NCBI RefSeq assembly: GCF_044704955.1
Contig: NC_092000.1
Coordinates: 2,790,001-2,854,000, forward strand
Length of the DNA: 64,000 bases
Source: Pristiophorus japonicus
Taxonomy: Eukaryota
Direction: 5' to 3'
Shown here in pieces: positions 24,778 through 35,175 of this stretch. How positions within the stretch are numbered: the first letter of the stretch is position 1; each line of letters opens with the position of its first letter. The position numbers were made by a program, and so were the translations under genes. Below the pieces are notes generated by a model. That model was given only the letters and a program-made list of their open reading frames with translations. It searched no databases and was not told where the DNA came from.

Positions 24778-27700
24778 CATAAGAACATAAGAAATAGGAG
24801 CAGGAGAAGGCCATACAGCCCCTCGAGCCTGCTCCATTTAATACGATCATGGCTGATCCGATCATGCACTCAGCTCTCAGCTTCCACAGCTCTCTGAGGC
24901 AGCAAATTCCACAGATTTACAACTCTTTTGTTGCGAACAAAAATAAACATTAAATCAAGTGCCCCCTTATTAAAGGAGGGGGACACTCCAAACAGTATTC
25001 AAGTGCCCTTTTTTGTTTTTTTTGTGGTTTTTTGGGGGCACTAAAACCACAAATTATACAAGTGCCCCTGGCTAAAAGGGGGAGGGGACACTAAAACCCG
25101 GCAATAAAACAAATTAAACTTTAAAATATTTATAAAATCAAATTAAAATTTGGTTGCTGGGGGTGATGATGCACTCCAGTCCCTCCGGCGCCCACCTCTC
25201 ACGGAAGGCCGCGAGCGTACCGGTGGACACCGCGTGCTCCATCTCCAGGGACACCCTGGCTCGGATGTAACCGCGGAAGAGAGGCAGGCAGTCGGGCTGA
25301 ACGAGCCCCTCGACGGCCCGCTGCCTGGACCGGCTGATGGCCCCCTTGGCCGTGCCCAGGAGCAGTCCTACGAGGAGGCCTTCCGACCTGCCCGCTCCCC
25401 TCCGCACCGGGTGCCCAAAGATCAGGAGAGTGGGACTGAAGTGCAGCCAGAATTTGAGGAGCAGCGCCGTTAAATAATGGAACAGGGGCCGCAACCTCGT
25501 ACATTCCGTAAAAACATGGAACACGGACTCTTCCAGACCGCAGAAATTGCAGGCGACCTGGGAGCCCGTGAAGCGACTTAAAAACTTATTGCACAGGACT
25601 GCTCCGTGCACCACCCTCCAGGCCAAGTCCCCAATAAATAGTGGGAGGACTCCCGCGTAGAGTGCACTCCATTGGTGCGCCATGGCGTGTCCGGAGGATG
25701 GCAAGGTGGAGAGTGTGCAGGAGCAGCCCGTACAGGAAACCCCTCCGCGCAGAACTCAAAGGCACGGAGGGGATTTCCCCGAGGCGGCTCAAGTTGTGAG
25801 GCGCCGGCTCCCGAGGGAGGTTCCGGGGTTTGGCGCTGATGAGAAATTCCGTCCGGACAAGGGTCAGTTCTGACGGGACCTCCCCACGTGCTTGAGCCTC
25901 CTTGACACACCTAATGGAGTCAGGGCCCAGCGCTGTTTTTAGCGACTCGATGGCATTGGCTGCGCGGCGGACGTCGGCCCAGCATGTCTGGCGCCATCCA
26001 GCCCGCTCCTCCGCCATTGAGCAGGTCCCTGACCCTGGTCCCCTCACCAGCCACAGTCCTCTCGTCCGCCTGCCACCTAAAACCGCGGTCGTGGAGGTAC
26101 GGATTCCTGAGCAGCGCCAGGACAGCCACCACTCCAGCCGGTGGAGAGCTGCGCTTGTTGGCGACTCTGTTCCAGACCCTGATGAGTTCCTGGTAAAAGA
26201 CAGGCAGCCCCCGCATGACGGTCCTGACGCCCCCCAGGCTCACAAACAGGAGCTGCGTGTCGTAATTGAGGCCGTACTGCTGGCGGAAGAAATACGTCGC
26301 CAGCGCATGCTACCTCGACGTAAAGGTATCTCTGCAGGGCCTGAAGACGGAAAGTCGCGAGCTGGGTGCCGACGCACACCAACGACTGACCACCCTCCCT
26401 AAGCGGGAGAGTCAAGACCGCGGCAGAGACCCAGTGCTTCCTGTTGTTCCAGAAGAAGTCCAGCTTCTTCTGTATGTTGGCGACAAACGCAGGGGGAGGG
26501 GTCAAAGTGACCAGCCGGTACCACAGCATAGCAGCCACCAACTGGTTTATGACTAGCGCTCGACCTCTGTAGGACAGCACTCGAAGCAGTCCTGTCCAGC
26601 GCCCTAGGCGAGCGGCGACCTTGGCTTCCAGCTCTTGCCAGTTCGCCGGCCAGGCTTCCTCGTCGGGGCTAAGGTAGACTCCCAGATAGAGGAGATGGGT
26701 CGTGCTCCAGGCAAAAGGCCTGAGCTCCTCCGGCAGGGAGTCCATCCGCCACTGACCCACCAGGAGTCCGAAACATTTCTCCCAGTTGATCCTGGTGGAG
26801 GATGCAGCCGAGTAAATCTCCTGGCACTCACGCATCCTCCGCAGGTCAACGGGATCCTCTACCGTGAGGAGCACGTCATCGGCGTAAGCCGAGAGGACGA
26901 CCTCCACGCCCGGCCCTTGCAGAGCCAGTCCCATCAACCTCGTCCGCAGGAGGCACAGGAAAGGCTCCACGCAGATGGCATATAACTGGCCGGACATGGG
27001 GCATCCCTGGCGCACCCCTCTCCCAAAGCGAAGGGGCGCCGTCAAGGACCCGTTAACCTTAATCAGACACTCCGCGGCCGCGTACAAAAGTCGGATCCGG
27101 GCGACGAAATGCATCCCGAACCCGAAAGTGCGCAGAGTTCCGAACAGATATTCATGATCCACCCTGTCGAACGCCTTCTCTTGGTCTCGGGATAGGAAAG
27201 CGACCGACAGATCAGCCTCCTGGGAATGATGGATGAGGTCCCGGACCAGATGGATGTTATCGTGGATTGTCCGGCCCGGGACCATGTAGGACTGGTCGGG
27301 GTGGATCATGTGGTCCAGCACGGCGCCAAGGCGAGCAGACATCACCCTGGCGAAGATTTTGTAATCTGTGCTGAGGAGGTAGACTGGGCCTTAAGGAGGC
27401 GGAGATCGCCCTTCTCAGGCAGTAGGACGATGACTGCCCTGCGCCAAGAGAGGGCCATCTCCCCGGTCGCCAGACTTTCCCCCAGGACCCGCGCGTAGTC
27501 GCCCCCCCCAGGACGTCCCAGAACGCCCTGTGGAACTCCACGGTCAGCCCGTCCAGCCCCGGGGCTTTTCCCCTCGAGAGCCGGTCGAGGGCGCCGGTCA
27601 GCTCCTCCAGGCTTAGCGGAGCTTCCAGATTTTCAGCGCCCTCCGGGTCGACCTTCAGCAGGTCCTCCCACAAAACTCTACGCGCTTCCTCGCTGGACAG

Positions 27701-29177
27701 ATCCGGAGAGAACAGAGCCCCATAATTCCCTCCGGATCCGAGACAAGAGATCCATCGTCGGCCAGCAGCGTCAAGAGCTGCTTATGGACCCCCTGTCTTT
27801 TTTCCAGCAAGTAGAAGAAGGGGGATTCGCGGTCCAGATCCCGCAGGAACCGGATCCGTGACCTCACGAACGCGCCTCGGGACCCGACGAGCTGCAGGTC
27901 TTTCAGCGCGGCCTTCTTCACTTCGTACTCCGTCCGCAGGGCCGGGTCCTCGACGACTTGACCGAGACGGGATTCCAGGTCGAGCAGCTCCTTTTCTAGG
28001 CGCCCGACCCTGGCCGCCCGCCTCTTGGTCGACTTCCTCGCATACTCTTGACAGAAGAGACGGATGTGAGCCTTGCCCACGTCCCACCATAGCCTCAAGG
28101 AGGGGAAGCCCCCCTGCTTTCTTCTCCAGTCGGCCCAGAAACGACGGAACGACTCCTGGTACCGCTCGTCCTCCAGCAGCTGGTTGTTAATGTGCCAGTA
28201 CGTGGACACCGTCCTCGCGCGGAGCCAAGTGAGCTCCGCCCATACCACAGATTTATAACCCTCTGAGAGAAGAAATTTCTCCTCATCTCAGTTTTAAATG
28301 GGCGGCCCCTTATTCTAAAATCATGCCCTCTAGTTCTAGTCTCCCCCATCAGTGGAAACATCCTCTCTGCATCCACCTTATCAAGCCCCCTCATAATCTT
28401 GTACATTTCGATAAGATCACCTCTCATTCTTCTGAATTCCAATGAGTAGAGGCCCAACCTCCTCAACCGTTCCTCATAAGTCAACCCCCTCATCTCCGGA
28501 ATCAATCTAGTGAACCGTCTATGAACTGCCTCCAAAGCAAGTATATCCTTTCATAAATATGGAAACCAAAACTGCACGCAGTATTCCAGGTGTGGCCTCA
28601 CCAATACCCTGTATAACTGTAGCAAGACTTCCCTGCTTTTATACTCCATCCCCTTTGCAATAACTTGCTGCACCTGCATACTATCCTTTTGTGTTTCATG
28701 CACAAGTACCCTCAGGTCCCGCTGTACTGCAGCACTTTGCAATCTTTCTCCATTTAAATAATAACTTGTTCTTGTATTTTTTTTCTGCCAAACCTCACAC
28801 TCTCCAACATTATATTCCACCTGCCAAATTTTTGTCCACTCACTTAGCCTGTCTATGTCCTTTTGCAGATTTTTTGTGTCCTCCTCACACATTGCTTTTC
28901 CTCCCATCTTTGTATCATCAGTAAACTTGGCTACATTACACTCGGTCCCTTCTTCCAAGTCGTTAATATAGACTGTAAATAGTTGGGGTCCCAGCACTGA
29001 TCCCTGCGGCACCCCACTAGTTACTGGTTGCCAACCCGAGAATGAACCATTTATCCTGACTCTCTGTTCTCTGTTAGTTAACCAATCCTCTATCCATGCT
29101 AATATACTACCCCCAACCCCGTGAACTTTTATCTTGTGCAATAACCTTTTATGTGGCACCTTGTCAAATGCCTTCTG
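24778..29177 (-). mobile_element. CR1 3' fragment (28245-29177 plus 24778-24926) split by the Tx1 insertion
   Basis: RT C-terminus GVPQGSVLGP...RPHLEYCVQFW...RNFFSQRVINLW resumes after the Tx1 and ends in a cttatgttcttatg tail. Confidence 0.85.
24927..28244 (-). mobile_element. Tx1-clade non-LTR retrotransposon, 5'-truncated and frameshifted
   Basis: GC-rich ORF2 pieces: WHINNQLLEDE, WWDVGK, KAPGLDGL, DQEKAFDRVDH, GVRQGCPMSG, AYADD, LPLREGG, and a C-terminal CNFC...HVFTEC knuckle. Flanked by an ~18-bp duplication of host CR1 sequence. Confidence 0.88.
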
Positions 29178-30204
29178 AATGACTCGGATAATGCGCCTTG
29201 TGCGCCAACACGGGAAAAATTAGAATTAGGAGCAGGAGGAGGTCATATGGCCCCTCGAGCCTGCTCTGCCATTCAATAAGATCATGGCTGATCTTCGACC
29301 TCAACTCCACTTTCCCGCCCGATCCCCATATCTCTGGACTCCCTGAGAGTTCAAAAATCTATCAATCTCAGTCTTAAATATACTCAATGACTCAGCATCC
29401 ACAGCCCTCTGGAACAGAGAATTCCAAAGATTCACACCCCATGTGTAAAGAAATTCTTCCTCATCTAAACCCTAAATGGCTGACCCCCTATCCTGAGACT
29501 GTGCCCCCTAGTTCTAGATTCTCCAGCCAGGGAAAACATATCTATTTTTCTTTTGGCCTACTGTCCTCTTCCAACTTTTATTTGAGTTGCTCTACATTTA
29601 CCTTATGAAGAGCGTGCTCGTCCACACTGTACGAATGCCTCTCTCGACTGCACTGTGTATTTTCCCCTACACAGCACATTGCGTGTTTCAGCTGATAACA
29701 TTCAAAACTGTTACGCAAATGAAGGCTAGGTCCGCCCAGCAAACATGAGTGGGAAGCACAGATAACGACTGCCAAGAGTCCTCTACTGACTCATCCAATG
29801 GCCTCCCCATCCTCAAATACCCTGGCAATGTTGCTCAACAATCTAAAAGCTAAAAGGCTCAGCAGTCCGGGGAGCGTCGAGAGAGGCGGGAGTCGAGAGA
29901 GGCAGCGGCCTATAAAAGGCTCAGCAGTCCGGGGAGTCGAGAGAGGCGGGAGTCGAGAGAGGCAGCGGCCTATAAAAGGCTCAACAGTCCGGGGAGCGTC
30001 GAGAGAGGCGGGAGTCGAGAGAGGCGTGACTTGTGCAGCTCCAGCTGAGAGAAGTCAAAAAAGTAGAAAGAAATCAAAAGGTGACGTCACAGCCAACGTG
30101 GTAAGTGATTGGCTGCTGATTGGTGAGTAGTTTTTCTTTTTCTTTATTAGTCAGTAACTTTTAACATTGTTGTCGGCAATTTAAGTGTATCTAAGGGTTA
30201 AGTC

Positions 30205-31152
30205 ATGGCAGGACAGCTCGGTCACGTGATATGCTCCTCCTGTACTATGTGGGAACACGGGGACAACACCAGTGTCCCTGACGACTACATGTGCGGGAAG
30301 TGTGTCCACCTCCGGCTACTGACGGTCCGCGTTGCGGAGTTGGAGCTGAAGGTGGATTCACTCTGGAGCATCCACAATGCTGAGAATGACGTGAGTATCA
30401 CGTGTAGCGAGTTGGTCTTACCGCAGGAGAAGGGTCCACAGCCAGCGAGGGAATGGAAGACCAGCAGGAAGAGTAGTGCAAGGAAGGTAGTGCAGGGGTC
30501 CCCTGTGGTCATCCCACTGCAAAACAGATACACTGCTTTGAGTGCTGTTGAGGGGGATGACTCATCAGGAGTGGGCAGCAGCAGCCAAGTTCATGGCACC
30601 GTGGCTGGCTCTGTTGCACAGGAGGGCAGGAAAAAGAGTGGGCGAGCGATAGTGATAGGGGATTCAATTGTAAGGCGAATAGATAGGCGTTTCTGCGGCC
30701 GCAACCGAGACTCCAGGATGGTATGTTGCCTCCCTGGTGCAAGGGTCAAGGATGTCTCGGAGCGGGTGCAGGACATTCTAAAAAGGGAGGGAGAACAGCC
30801 AGTTGTCGTGGTGCACGTTGGTACCAATGACATAGGTAAAAAAAGGGATGAGGTCCTACGAAATGAATTTAAGGAGCTAGGAGCTAAATTAAAAATTAGG
30901 ACCTCAAAAGTAGTAATCTCGGGATTGCTACCAGTGCCACGTGCTAGTCAGAGTAGGAATCGCAGGATAGCTCAGATGAATACGTGGCTTGAGCAATGGT
31001 GCAGCAGGGAGGGATTCAAATTCCTGGGGCATTGGAACCGGTTCTGGGGGAGGTGGGACCAGTACAATCCGGACGGTCTGCACCTGAGCAGAATCGGAAC
31101 CAATGTCCTCGGGGGAGTGTTTGCTAGTGCTGTTGGGGAGGAGTTAAACTAA
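30205..31152 (+). CDS. CR1 LINE ORF1: N-terminal zinc finger/coiled coil plus SGNH/GDSL esterase-like domain
   Basis: CSSC...CGKC, a leucine heptad, and SGNH blocks VIGDS, PGA, HVGTND and DGLHL. Esterase ORF1s are established for vertebrate CR1/L2-group LINEs. Confidence 0.9.
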   Translation: MAGQLGHVICSSCTMWEHGDNTSVPDDYMCGKCVHLRLLTVRVAELELKVDSLWSIHNAENDVSITCSELVLPQEKGPQPAREWKTSRKSSARKVVQGSPVVIPLQNRYTALSAVEGDDSSGVGSSSQVHGTVAGSVAQEGRKKSGRAIVIGDSIVRRIDRRFCGRNRDSRMVCCLPGARVKDVSERVQDILKREGEQPVVVVHVGTNDIGKKRDEVLRNEFKELGAKLKIRTSKVVISGLLPVPRASQSRNRRIAQMNTWLEQWCSREGFKFLGHWNRFWGRWDQYNPDGLHLSRIGTNVLGGVFASAVGEELN

Positions 31153-31229
31153 TATGGCAGGGGGATGGGAACCAATGCAGGGAGATAGAGGGAAACAAAA
31201 AGGAGGCAAAAACAAAAGACAGAAAGGAG

Positions 31230-34136
31230 ATGAGGAAAAGTGGAGGGCAGAGAAACCCAAGGCAAAGAACAAAAAGGGCCATTGTACAGCAAAATTCTAA
31301 AAGGACAGAGGGTGTTAAAAAAACAAGCCTAAAGGCTTTGTGTCTTAATGCAAGGAGTATCCGCAATAAGGTGGATGAATTAACTGTGCAAATAGATGTT
31401 AACAAATATGATGTGATTGGGATTACGGAGACGTGGCTCCAGGATGAGCAGGGCTGGGAACTCAACATCCAGGGGTATTCAACATTCAGGAAGGATAGAA
31501 TAAAAGGAAAAGGAGGTGGGGTAGCATTGCTGGTTAAGGAGGAGATTAAGGCAATAGTTAGGAAGGACATTAGCTTGGATGATGTGGAATCTATATGGGT
31601 AGAGCTGCAGAACACCAAAGGGCAAAAAACGTTAGTGGGAGTTGTGTACAGACCTCCAAACAGTAGTAGTGATGTTGGGGAGGGCATCAAACAGGAAATT
31701 AGGGGTGCGTGCAATAAAGGTGCAGCAGTTATAATGGGTGACTTTAATATGCACATAGATTGGGCTAACCAAACTGGAAGCAATACGGTGGAGGAGGATT
31801 TTCTGGAGTGCATAAGGGATGGTTTTTTAGACCAATATGTCGAGGAACCAACTAGGGGGGAGGCCATCTTAGACTGGGTGTTATGTAATGAGAGAGGATT
31901 AATTAGCAATCTCGTTGTGCGAGGCCCCTTGGGGAAGAGTGACCATAATATGGTGGAATTCTGCATTGGGATGGAAAATGAAACAGTTAATTCAGAGACC
32001 ATGGTCCAGAACTTAAAGAAGGCTAACTTTGAAGGTATGAGGCGTGAATTGGCTGGGATGGATTGGCGAATGATACTTAAGGGGTTGACTGTGGATGGGC
32101 AATGGCAGACATTTAGAGACCGCATGGATGAACTACAACAATTGTACATTCCTGTCTGGCATAAAAATAAAAAAGGGAAGGTGGCTCAACCGTGGCTATC
32201 AAGGGAAATCAGGGATAGTATTAAAGCCAAGGAAGTGGCATACAAATTGGCCAGAAATAGAAGCGAACCTGGGGACTGGGAGAAATTTAGAACTCAGCAG
32301 AGGAGGACAAAGGGTTTGATTAGGGCAGGGAAAATGGAGTATGAGAAGAAGCTTGCAGGGAACATTAAGACAGATTGCAAAAGTTTCTATAGATATGTAA
32401 AGAGAAAAAGGTTAGTAAAGACAAACGTAGGTCCCCTGCAGTCAGAATCAGGGGAAGTCATAACGGGGAACAAAGAAATGGCGGACCAATTGAACAAGTA
32501 CTTTGGTTCGGTATTCACGAAGGAGGACACGAACAACCTTCCGGTTATAAAAGGGGTCGGGGAGTCTAGTAAGGAGGAGGAACTGAGGGAAATCCTTATT
32601 AGCCGGGAAATTGTGTTGGGGAAATTGATGGGATTGAAGGCCGATAAATCCCCAGGGCCTGATGGACTGCATCCCAGAGTACTTAAGGAGGTGGCCTTGG
32701 AAATAGTGGATGCGTTGACAGTCATTTTCCAACATTCCATTGACTCTGGATCAGTTCCTATGGAGTGGAGGGTAGCCAATGTAACCCCACTTTTTAAAAA
32801 AGGAGGGAGAGAGAAAACAGGGAATTATAGACCGGTCAGCCTGACATCGGTAGTGGGTAAAATGATGGAATCAATTATTAAGGATGTCATAGCAGTGCAT
32901 TTGGAAAGAGGTGACATGATAGGTCCAAGTCAGCATGGATTTGTGAAAGGGAAATCATGCTTGACAAATCTTCTGGAATTTTTTGAGGATGTTTCCAGTA
33001 GAGTGGATAAGGGAGAACCAGTTGATGTGGTATATTTGGACTTTCAGAAGGCGTTCGACAAGGTCCCACACAAGAGATTGATGTGCAAAGTTAGAGCACA
33101 TGGGATTGGGGGTAGTGTACTGACATGGATTGAGAACTGGTTGTCAGACAGGAAGCAAAGAGTAGGAGTAAATGGGTACTTTTCAGAATGGCAGGCAGTG
33201 ACTAGTGGGGTACCGCAAGGTTCTGTGCTGGGGCCCCAGCTGTTTACACTGTACATTAATGATTTAGATGAGGGGATTAAATGTAGTATCTCCAAATTTG
33301 CGGATGACACTAAGTTGGGTGGCAGTGTGAGCTGTGAGGAGGATGCTGTGAGGCTGCAGAGCGACTTGGATAGGTTAGGTGAGTGGGCAAATGCATGGCA
33401 GATGAAGTATAATGTGGATAAATGTGAGGTTATCCACTTTGGTGGTAAAAACAGAGAGACAGACTATTATCTGAATGGTGACAGATTAGGAAAAGGGGAG
33501 GTGCAAAGAGACCTGGGTGTCATGGTACATCAGTCATTGAAGGTTGGCATGCAGGTGCAGCAGGCGGTTAAGAAAGCAAATGGCATGTTGGCCTTCATAG
33601 CAAGGGGATTTGAGTACAGGGGCAGGGAGGTGTTGCTACAATTGTACAGGGCATTGGTGAGGCCACACCTGGAGTATTGTGTACAGTTTTGGTCTCCTAA
33701 CCTGAGGAAGGACATTCTTGCTATTGAGGGAGTGCAGCGAAGGTTCACCAGACTGATTCCCGGGATGGCGGGACTGACCTATCAAGAAAGACTGGATCAA
33801 CTGGGCTTGTATTCACTGGAGTTCAGAAGAATGAGAGGGGACCTCATAGAAACATTTAAAATTCTGACGGGGTTAGACAGGTTAGATGCAGGAAGAATGT
33901 TCCCAATGTTGGGGAAGTCCAGAACCAGAGGTCACAGTCTAAGGATAAGGGGTAAGCCATTTAGGACCGAGATGCGGAGGAACTTCTTCACCCAGAGAGT
34001 GGTGAACCTGTGGAATTCTCTACCACAGAAAGTTGTTGAGGCCAATTCACTAAATATATTCAAAAAGGAGTTAGATGAGGTCCTTACTACTAGGGGGATC
34101 AAGGGGTATGGCGAGAAAGCAGGAATGGGGTACTGA
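31230..34136 (+). CDS. CR1 LINE ORF2: APE endonuclease plus reverse transcriptase (968 aa, no stops)
   Basis: APE motifs LNARS, ITETWL, GDFN and SDH; RT motifs KSPGPDG, YRPVSLTS, DFQKAFD, GVPQGSVLGP and FADD. Confidence 0.95.
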   Translation: MRKSGGQRNPRQRTKRAIVQQNSKRTEGVKKTSLKALCLNARSIRNKVDELTVQIDVNKYDVIGITETWLQDEQGWELNIQGYSTFRKDRIKGKGGGVALLVKEEIKAIVRKDISLDDVESIWVELQNTKGQKTLVGVVYRPPNSSSDVGEGIKQEIRGACNKGAAVIMGDFNMHIDWANQTGSNTVEEDFLECIRDGFLDQYVEEPTRGEAILDWVLCNERGLISNLVVRGPLGKSDHNMVEFCIGMENETVNSETMVQNLKKANFEGMRRELAGMDWRMILKGLTVDGQWQTFRDRMDELQQLYIPVWHKNKKGKVAQPWLSREIRDSIKAKEVAYKLARNRSEPGDWEKFRTQQRRTKGLIRAGKMEYEKKLAGNIKTDCKSFYRYVKRKRLVKTNVGPLQSESGEVITGNKEMADQLNKYFGSVFTKEDTNNLPVIKGVGESSKEEELREILISREIVLGKLMGLKADKSPGPDGLHPRVLKEVALEIVDALTVIFQHSIDSGSVPMEWRVANVTPLFKKGGREKTGNYRPVSLTSVVGKMMESIIKDVIAVHLERGDMIGPSQHGFVKGKSCLTNLLEFFEDVSSRVDKGEPVDVVYLDFQKAFDKVPHKRLMCKVRAHGIGGSVLTWIENWLSDRKQRVGVNGYFSEWQAVTSGVPQGSVLGPQLFTLYINDLDEGIKCSISKFADDTKLGGSVSCEEDAVRLQSDLDRLGEWANAWQMKYNVDKCEVIHFGGKNRETDYYLNGDRLGKGEVQRDLGVMVHQSLKVGMQVQQAVKKANGMLAFIARGFEYRGREVLLQLYRALVRPHLEYCVQFWSPNLRKDILAIEGVQRRFTRLIPGMAGLTYQERLDQLGLYSLEFRRMRGDLIETFKILTGLDRLDAGRMFPMLGKSRTRGHSLRIRGKPFRTEMRRNFFTQRVVNLWNSLPQKVVEANSLNIFKKELDEVLTTRGIKGYGEKAGMGY

Positions 34137-34699
34137 AGTTGAATGTTCAGCCATGAACTCATTGAATGGCGGTGCAGGCTAGAATGGCCGAATGGCCTAC
34201 TCCTGCACCTATTTTCTATGTTTCTAATCGGAGTAACTACTGATAACATGTCCGACCTGCACCGTTGATATCATCTCAATTATTGACATCGCAGCTGACC
34301 CTGCACCTCACTAATGACACCACGGATTATAGCACTCTGCTATTGACAACGCTGTCCAGTGACACCCCCTCTTCCTCTGTACTGCCTCCTGTGCTGGATG
34401 CCTCGTGGTGTCTCAGTGACCAGCACCATACACGGTGCCACTTTCTCCGACATGTGCGGTCCTATTTTGACTGTAGCTCAATATTCTATTGGTTTATTGA
34501 TTGTTGCTCCACATTGGTTGGGCAAGATTTGTTGAGTCTACGAAGAATGTCCTAGCTCTCTACGGGGTTAGGGGTTGGTGTCTGGGAGTGGGGCCAGTGC
34601 CTGTGGGTGGGGCCAGTGCCTGGGGGCGTGGCCAGTGTCTGGGGGCGTGGCCAGTGCTTTTTTTGATTGGTTCCTGGGTTGTGGGCGTCGCTAGGAAAG

Positions 34700-35175
34700 C
34701 CAGCATTTATTGCCCATCTTGAATTGCCCCTTGAGAAGGTGGTGGTGAGCTGCTGCCTTGAACCGCTGCAGTCCGTGTGGTGAAGGTGCTCCCACAGTGC
34801 TGTTCGGGAGGGAGTTCCAGGATTGTGACCCAGCGACGATGAAGGAACGGCCGATATATTTCCAAGTCAGGATGGTGTGTGATTTGGAGGGGAACTTGCA
34901 GGTGATGGTGTTCCCATGCGCCTGCTATCCTTGTCCTTCTAGCTGGTAGAGGTCGCGGGTTTGGGAGGTGCTGCCAAAGAAGCCTTGGCGAGTTGCTGCA
35001 GTGCATCGTGTAGACGGTGTACACTGCAGCCACGGTGCACCGGTGGTGGAGCGAGTGAGTGTTTAAGGTGGCGGATGGGGTACCGATCAAGCGGGCTGCT
35101 TTGTCCTGGATGGTGTCGAGCTTCTCGAGTGTTGTTGGAGCTGCACTCATCCAGGCAAGTGGGGAGCATTCCATC
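34700..35175 (-). mobile_element. 3' fragment of the second LINE family
   Basis: Reverse complement of 15650-16110 (PLAWMSAAPTTLEKLDTIQDKAARLIG). Confidence 0.85.

Larger units (their letters stand above)
29845..34226 (+). mobile_element. Full-length, apparently intact CR1-clade LINE
   Basis: 5' UTR with tandem monomers, uninterrupted ORF1 and ORF2, and a CR1-type 3' UTR ending in (tttctatg)n. Lies antisense within the inferred TMEM205 5'-UTR intron. Confidence 0.93.

Noticed and set aside
31124-32149. 341-aa antisense ORF over the CR1 endonuclease region
   Set aside because: No recognisable domain; most likely a shadow ORF of the coding strand.
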